From contig CAWCYD010000003.1 in assembly GCA_963799775.1 (NCBI GenBank), positions 640,001 to 704,000 of the forward strand: DNA of 64,000 nt, read 5' to 3'. Below, piece by piece: positions 58,812 to 64,000 of this stretch; position 1 is the stretch's first letter, and every line of letters begins with the position of its first letter. Origin of the DNA: an uncultured archaeon (GTDB taxonomy: Archaea; Thermoproteota; Nitrososphaeria; Nitrososphaerales; Gagatemarchaeaceae). The notes beneath the pieces are model-generated. The model made no database searches. It was not told the origin of the DNA and worked only from the letters and a program-made list of their open reading frames with translations. Both the position numbers and the translations under genes were made by a program.

Positions 58812-59693
58812 TCAGTCGACCCGAGGAGAGGAGGCGCTGCGTCGGTCCTCGTGCACCTTTCCAAGGTATGCAGAGTGGGGTATGTGCTTGCCCCTCTGGG
58901 TCGCGATCACGTCTGCGATTATGCTCACGACCACCTCTTCCGGAGTGACCGCGCCGATGTCGACGCCGATGGGAGAGTGGAGCGACTCGATGAATCTCTC
59001 GTCGACCCCTCTCTTCCTCAGCTGCTCCACGTCCTCGACGACCCGCTGCATGCTCGCTAGCATGCCCACGAACCTCACCTTCTTCTTGGAGAGCAGCTCG
59101 AGGGTGGGCACGTCCCGCTCCCCCTTGGTGAGCACCACGACCGAGTCCGTCTCCAGAAAGTTGAACTTGGCCAGGTCGTAGTCTAGGTCGGTTATCAGCT
59201 CGTCGGGCTCTTCCGTCAATACAGGAAGGTGGTCGATGACCACCGTCTCGTATCCCATTGTCTTTCCGAGCTTCACCAGTCCTTCCTCGACGTCGTCCTT
59301 CCCTCCCTGCCCTATGAGTACCAGCCTGTTGGCGGGAAGGTAAGGCTCCACGTAGATCTCCATCATCCCCCCGCAGTTCGTCTCGACATAAACTTCGTCT
59401 GGGGACGGATTCTTCAGCGTGCCCTCGATGGCGGACATCGCATCCTCCAGGTGGACCTTCACGATCCTCGCCTTCCCAGTCCTCAGAGCGTCCTGGGCCA
59501 TCGTCGCGACTGCAGACTCTGGACACACCCCGCCTATCGTGCCGAAGATTATCCTGCCATCCCTGGAGATGACCGCCTTGAACCCGGGCTTGCCGAGAGA
59601 TGAGCCCTCGATGCGCACGACCGTGGCCACGACGAATGGCTCCCTCCTCTCCGCCATCTCGTCGATGAAACGAGTGAAGTCGTGCTGCTTCAA
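58812..59693 (-). CDS. xdhC: XdhC/CoxI-family molybdoenzyme maturation factor
   Basis: ATVVRIEGSS, GTIGGVCPE, CGGMMEIYVEP, SPIGVDIGAVTPEE. Confidence 0.9.
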   Translation of the reverse strand: MKQHDFTRFIDEMAERREPFVVATVVRIEGSSLGKPGFKAVISRDGRIIFGTIGGVCPESAVATMAQDALRTGKARIVKVHLEDAMSAIEGTLKNPSPDEVYVETNCGGMMEIYVEPYLPANRLVLIGQGGKDDVEEGLVKLGKTMGYETVVIDHLPVLTEEPDELITDLDYDLAKFNFLETDSVVVLTKGERDVPTLELLSKKKVRFVGMLASMQRVVEDVEQLRKRGVDERFIESLHSPIGVDIGAVTPEEVVVSIIADVIATQRGKHIPHSAYLGKVHEDRRSASSPRVD

Positions 59694-59858
59694 GCCTGTC
59701 TGGATTTTGGGGCGTCAGCCTATTTATCGATATTCTCTGAAACGCGCTCATCAGGGATGAGAGCAGGAGATGAGGCCCGAATCTCGGAATACGCTTAATT
59801 ACTTCAACCGAAAAGGAAAACGCACCGAAGGGGAGACTGCGGTAGGAAGTGATAACGG

Positions 59859-60209
59859 ATGAGTTTCGGACAAAGTGGAGGCGGCTACGGTAGCCGCGGT
59901 GGATTCGGCAGCAGAGACAGCAGCTCCAATTCCTTCAAGCCAAAGCCAGTCGAGGTCGGTAAGGAGTACGACGTCACCATCTCAGACACCAGCAGGCGAG
60001 GCGACGGCATCGCGAAGATCGACGGGTTCGTGATCTTCGTCGCCGGCGGGAAGCAAGGACAGACAGCCAGGATCAAGGTCACCCAGGTCTCGGACCGGTT
60101 TGCGACGGGCACCGTGGTCGGGGGTTCTGGGTCGGCTCCGGTCTCAGAGAGCGGAGAGTTCCCTGAGCCCAGAGAGATGGCTGAGGAATTGGAAGAATCC
60201 GACGAATAG
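59859..60209 (+). CDS. Single TRAM-domain RNA-binding protein
   Basis: KPVEVGKEYDVTISDTSRRGDGIAKIDGFVIFV. Confidence 0.92.
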   Translation: MSFGQSGGGYGSRGGFGSRDSSSNSFKPKPVEVGKEYDVTISDTSRRGDGIAKIDGFVIFVAGGKQGQTARIKVTQVSDRFATGTVVGGSGSAPVSESGEFPEPREMAEELEESDE

Positions 60210-60321
60210 GCGCGCGGGTACGCGATCATGCAGAGGTTGTTCATCGTCAAGAGGCAACCTCCTCCCTCGATTCTAGGTCAAGCATATCTACGAAGACGAT
60301 GCGCAGACGAGGCGCGTCGCG

Positions 60322-60729
60322 ATGATCAAAGTCTTCACCGATGGAAGAGCTGAGCCCAACCCTGGGCTCGGGACTTTCGGTTTCGTGGTCTACGAGTCAG
60401 GCAAGCGACTTCATCACGAGCACGGTGTGGTCGGGGAGCAGGTGACCAACAACTATGCGGAGTATCATTGCCTGGTGAAGGCACTTGGATACCTGCTCGC
60501 GCGGAAGGACGAGGAAATCGAGGTGCTCTCAGACTCCAGCCTCCTGGTCAATCAGATGAAAGGCGACTGGAAGATAAAGAGGGGGGCCTACCGCGACGAG
60601 TACGTAAAGGCGAAGAAGCTTGCGTCGAGCTTCTCGAGGCTCAGGTTCCGCTGGATCCCTAGGGAGGAGAACACCGAGGCTGATGAGCTGACGAATATCG
60701 CTTTCGCAGAAGCCCGGCGCAAAGGATAA
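60322..60729 (+). CDS. rnhA: Ribonuclease HI
   Basis: FTDG..EPNPG, TNNYAEY, SDSSLLVNQM, WIPREENTEAD. Confidence 0.92.
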   Translation: MIKVFTDGRAEPNPGLGTFGFVVYESGKRLHHEHGVVGEQVTNNYAEYHCLVKALGYLLARKDEEIEVLSDSSLLVNQMKGDWKIKRGAYRDEYVKAKKLASSFSRLRFRWIPREENTEADELTNIAFAEARRKG

Positions 60730-60763
60730 TATCACTGCCGGCCCCGCAAGGGCTCGAACCTTA

Positions 60764-61610
60764 ATGGACTATGGGCTGAAGAACAGGATGTCGAGGATGA
60801 TCAGGCCCTCTGACTGGGCATTCGGTCATGCTGGCTTGCGACCACGGCTACTTCATGGGGCCTACGAGGAAGCTCGAGAACCCGCGAAGCACCATCGCTC
60901 CACTGGTCCCCTACGCGGATGTCGTCTCGGTCACCCGCGGGATACTAAGGAGCTCCGTCGACCCAGAGTGGGACATCCCGATCCTGTTGCGCGTCTCAGG
61001 GGGGACCAGCATCCTCCAGGACGACCTCAGCAACGAGGGCATCACCACGTCCATGAAGGATGCGGTCCGCCTCAACGCGACCGCGGTCTCGATCTCGATC
61101 TTCGTCGGGGCCCCCAACGAGAAGCAGACTCTCCTCAACCTTGGCAGGCTCGTCGACGAGGGAGAGGAATACGGGATGCCGGTGATGGCGATAACAGCCG
61201 TCGGGAAGGAGCTTGAGAAGAGGGACGACAGATACCTCGCCCTGGCCTGCAGGATAGGAGCGGAGCTGGGCGCGCACATGGTGAAGACATACTACTGCGA
61301 AGGTTTCTCCCGGGTCGTGGAAGGATGCCCCGTGCCGCTCGTCGTGGCGGGAGGCCCGAAGCTCAACACGGAGGCGGACGTCTTCCAACTGGTCTACAAG
61401 GCGATCCAGGAAGGAGCGGTGGGAGTGGACATGGGAAGGAACATCTGGCAGAACGACAACCCCGTCGCCGTGATAAAGGCGATAAACGCCATTGTCCATG
61501 AAGACGCCACGGACAAGGAGGCGCTCGAGGTCTTCAACCAATCCAAGGGCACCGTGGAAGAGCTCGCCAATCCGCCGTCGTCCCGGCCGGCAAAGACCCG
61601 CAGGCGCTGA
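60764..61610 (+). CDS. lsrF: LsrF-like thiolase / DhnA-type class I aldolase (frameshift near 60818)
   Basis: MDYGLKNRMSR..., DHGYFMGPT, VKTYYC, AGGPK, GVDMGRNIWQ. Confidence 0.82.
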
Positions 61611-61697
61611 GGCCTCAGTGCTGTCTGGTGGAGCTCTTGACCCGAGGTCTCCAGCTTCAGCATTGTTTTTACCATTGAGAGAAGGACGCTAGGCACC

Positions 61698-62705
61698 GTG
61701 GCGGAACGGGAAGGGATGAAAGTCGGCGTCGGCGTGATCGGTGCCGGCAGAATCGGGAAGATCCACGCCACGAATCTCGCCAGAGAATGCCCTAACGCCA
61801 AGCTCGTAGCCATTGCGGACGTCGCGGAGGACGCTGCAAGAAAGCTGGCGGCGGAGTTCGGGGTGACCAACGTCTTCACCGACTACTTGAGGCTGGTCGA
61901 GAACCGAGAAGTGCAGGCCGTGGTGATCGCGACCCCGACCTTGATCAAGCCGCAGATAGTCAAGTTCGCGTGCGAGGCCGGGAAGCACATCTTCTGCGAA
62001 AAGCCGATCGCCACGGCGCTCCACGAGGCCGAACAGGTGGTCAAGTCCTCCCAAAAATCGCCTGCCAAGTTCCAGGTCGGCTACCAGAGGCGCTTCGACC
62101 CTCTGCACGTCAAGATCAAGCGTGCCATAGAGTCCGGGGAGATAGGCAACGTAGTCTTGGTGAAGTCCAACACCCGCGACCCCGCCCCCAACCCGTCGCA
62201 GTGGCCCGACCTCAAGAACAGCGGTGGCATATTCGTGGACAGTGCGAGCCACGACTACGACGTCGTGAGGTGGCTCTGCTCGAGCGAGGTGAGCAGGGTG
62301 GAGGCAGACGGCTCGCCCAGGTCGCTTCCCGACCAGCACACCGTCGTCACCAACCTCTCGATGGCAAACGGGATGCTCGCACAGGTCGACGCGAGCAGGA
62401 TGTCCAGCTACGGATACGACGTTAGGGTGGAGGTGCTGGGCACCAAGGGTGCGATATTCACAAAGCCGGACGGAGCCAGCGACCTGCGAATCCTGAAGGG
62501 GCCGCAGGAGGCGCTCCTGACCTACAACTGGTATCCCGACCGCTTCAGGGAGGCGTACAGGCTCGAGATGGAGTCGTTCTTGGACTGCATCGTCAAGGAC
62601 GGCGAGAGCAAGGTGACAGCTCTCGATGGCAAGGCCGCGGTGGAGATCGCCGCCGCCGCGCGCAAGTCCATGCAGGAAGGCAAGTCTGTCAACCTCCCGC
62701 TGTGA
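61698..62705 (+). CDS. Gfo/Idh/MocA oxidoreductase (inositol 2-dehydrogenase-like)
   Basis: GAGRIG, CEKP, GYQRRFD, SGGIFVD..SHDYD, YGYDVRVEV. Confidence 0.9.
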   Translation: MAEREGMKVGVGVIGAGRIGKIHATNLARECPNAKLVAIADVAEDAARKLAAEFGVTNVFTDYLRLVENREVQAVVIATPTLIKPQIVKFACEAGKHIFCEKPIATALHEAEQVVKSSQKSPAKFQVGYQRRFDPLHVKIKRAIESGEIGNVVLVKSNTRDPAPNPSQWPDLKNSGGIFVDSASHDYDVVRWLCSSEVSRVEADGSPRSLPDQHTVVTNLSMANGMLAQVDASRMSSYGYDVRVEVLGTKGAIFTKPDGASDLRILKGPQEALLTYNWYPDRFREAYRLEMESFLDCIVKDGESKVTALDGKAAVEIAAAARKSMQEGKSVNLPL

Positions 62706-62715
62706 GCGCCCTGAC

Positions 62716-63828
62716 CTAGCGTCTGGCCTTTGCGAGAGAGTCGGAGAGCCCTTCGAGGACTTTCGAGACCGACTGCGGGTTTGCGCCCGTGCCCATGTGG
62801 CCGATGCGGATTATCTTGCCGCTCAGACCTTCGAGGCCGTCAGCGATCATGATGTCGTGCTTCTCGAGCAGGTTCTGGCGGAGCTTCCCCGACCATTTGG
62901 GCTTTACTCTTGCCACGCTGACGGTGTTAGAATAGAAGCGCTTGTCCGTGAAGATGGGCAGTCCGAGGTCTTCAAGCCCCTTCCGGATCCGGGAGGCCGC
63001 TCTCGCATGCCTCTCGTAGCGGTTGCGCAGGCCCTCCTTCAGCACGAGGTCCGTCGCCTTGCTCAGCGCGACGATCACGGAGGTAGGCATCGAGGACGGA
63101 TAGGGATGCCCCCACGACCCGTCTACCTCGATGGACTCGCGCCAGGTGTTGAGGTCCAGGAAGAGACTGTGGATCCGCGGCTTGTTCTCGCGCGCCTTCT
63201 CCCACGCAGCCTTGCCGATGGCGACAGGCTGGGCCCCGAATATTCCCCCTATCGCCTTGCTCGCGTAGCCTATCACGTAGTCGACGCCCCAGTCGTCCAT
63301 GCGGACCTCCATCCCCCCGAAGGTGGATATCGCGTCCAGGACCGTGAGCACCCCTCTTTTCTTGCATACCTTGAAGATCTCAGAAGGAGGGCTAGCGGCC
63401 CCCGTGGATGTCTCCGTGTGGACGAGGAACAGGGCCTTTCCCGCCACGTCCTTGCCCGCATTGTCGAGTGCCGCCGCGACGTCTTCAGGCGTGGGCCCTG
63501 TTCCGAGTCTTGAGCGTATCTTGATGGCCTTCGCCCCTATGGCCTTCATCATCTTCGGGATCATGCCAGAGAAGACTCCGTTCTCGCAGACGAAACCTGT
63601 CCCCCCGCGACCGACGAGGTTCACCACCGAGGTCTCGACGGCGACCTGCCCTGGCACGGGCATGAGCAGGACGTCGTTCTTCGTCCCAAAGACGCGTTTG
63701 AGCTTCGAGGTGGTATCTTCATAGATCGGTTTCCATTCGGGGCCGTAGTGAGGGAGCACCGGCTCCGCTAGGGCCTTGAGCACCTCCGGGTCCGGCTGCG
63801 ACGGCCCGGGAATCATTAGCAATATCAT
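62716..63828 (-). CDS. Class V aminotransferase (alanine-glyoxylate/serine-pyruvate type)
   Basis: LMIPGP, VHTETSTG, LDAIST, SKAIGG, IRIGHMG. Confidence 0.92.
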   Translation of the reverse strand: MILLMIPGPSQPDPEVLKALAEPVLPHYGPEWKPIYEDTTSKLKRVFGTKNDVLLMPVPGQVAVETSVVNLVGRGGTGFVCENGVFSGMIPKMMKAIGAKAIKIRSRLGTGPTPEDVAAALDNAGKDVAGKALFLVHTETSTGAASPPSEIFKVCKKRGVLTVLDAISTFGGMEVRMDDWGVDYVIGYASKAIGGIFGAQPVAIGKAAWEKARENKPRIHSLFLDLNTWRESIEVDGSWGHPYPSSMPTSVIVALSKATDLVLKEGLRNRYERHARAASRIRKGLEDLGLPIFTDKRFYSNTVSVARVKPKWSGKLRQNLLEKHDIMIADGLEGLSGKIIRIGHMGTGANPQSVSKVLEGLSDSLAKARR

Positions 63829-63895
63829 GACATCGCTCCCTTGATTTTCTTCCGTCCCACCGTCGGACGTTATTTAAGGCTCGTCGAACGAATCG

Positions 63896-64000
63896 TCAGA
63901 TTATCGTGAGGCTCTCGTAGGCTTGCTTTACCTCCTCCACGGAGGCCTCGTCCTCCAGCGTGGCGATGTCGCCCAGCGGACGACCGTCGGCCACGGCCTT
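63896..64000 (-). CDS. acs: Acetyl-CoA synthetase, C-terminal end (partial)
   Basis: KAVADGRPLGDIATLEDEASVEEVKQAYESLTII* matches the typical Acs C-terminus. Confidence 0.7.
   Translation of the reverse strand, partial: KAVADGRPLGDIATLEDEASVEEVKQAYESLTII

Noticed and set aside
5359-61610. Frameshifts in many genes (tfb, hom, lysC, nnrD, mscL, coxM, lsrF, DHH, MarR, fixC, regulator B) as programmed frameshifting or mass pseudogenisation
   Set aside because: They hit housekeeping genes at unrelated positions, often in short G/C runs, with otherwise intact sequence. This is typical of uncorrected long-read indels, so the status of tnpB1 and regulator B is also undetermined.
1-64000. tRNA, rRNA or CRISPR arrays
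   Set aside because: No cloverleaf/T-loop signature, rRNA-like stretch or repeat-spacer array was seen by eye in the intergenic regions; a tRNAscan-SE/Infernal run would be needed to exclude them fully.

Overview
GC-rich archaeal chromosomal segment. It carries TFB, an Lsm/SmAP3-type protein, TrpB2, leaderless genes behind TATA boxes and TTG/GTG starts; gene content resembles non-ammonia-oxidising Nitrososphaerota/Thaumarchaeota, which is an inference. Many conserved genes are split by single-base indels, most likely sequencing or assembly errors. The left half (1-29.5 kb) is accessory: an intein-containing FlaI/VirB11-type ATPase, two AbrB-PIN toxin-antitoxin pairs, large surface proteins, two tnpB elements and a dense signalling island (V4R, DUF835-like, MASE3-like, PadR, wHTH, CBS, VWA). 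The right half is mostly housekeeping and metabolism. Most notable: two paralogous tandem-Lrp/AsnC-like regulators (17883-18986 and 49480-50651) each overlap tail-to-tail by the same 4-bp CTAG with a tiny hydrophobic prepeptide gene sharing a VFG..AHGVHxxVH..[D/E]xGGN signature. One prepeptide carries three identical NGDPGGNGGPN cores; the other (50648-50776) is absent from the ORF track. This is a candidate archaeal peptide-signalling (RRNPP-analogous) module. Second: four related tnpB/omegaRNA elements with IS6-like GG(C/T)(T/A)CT termini, two of which are nuclease-less, promoter-bearing omegaRNA mini-elements.
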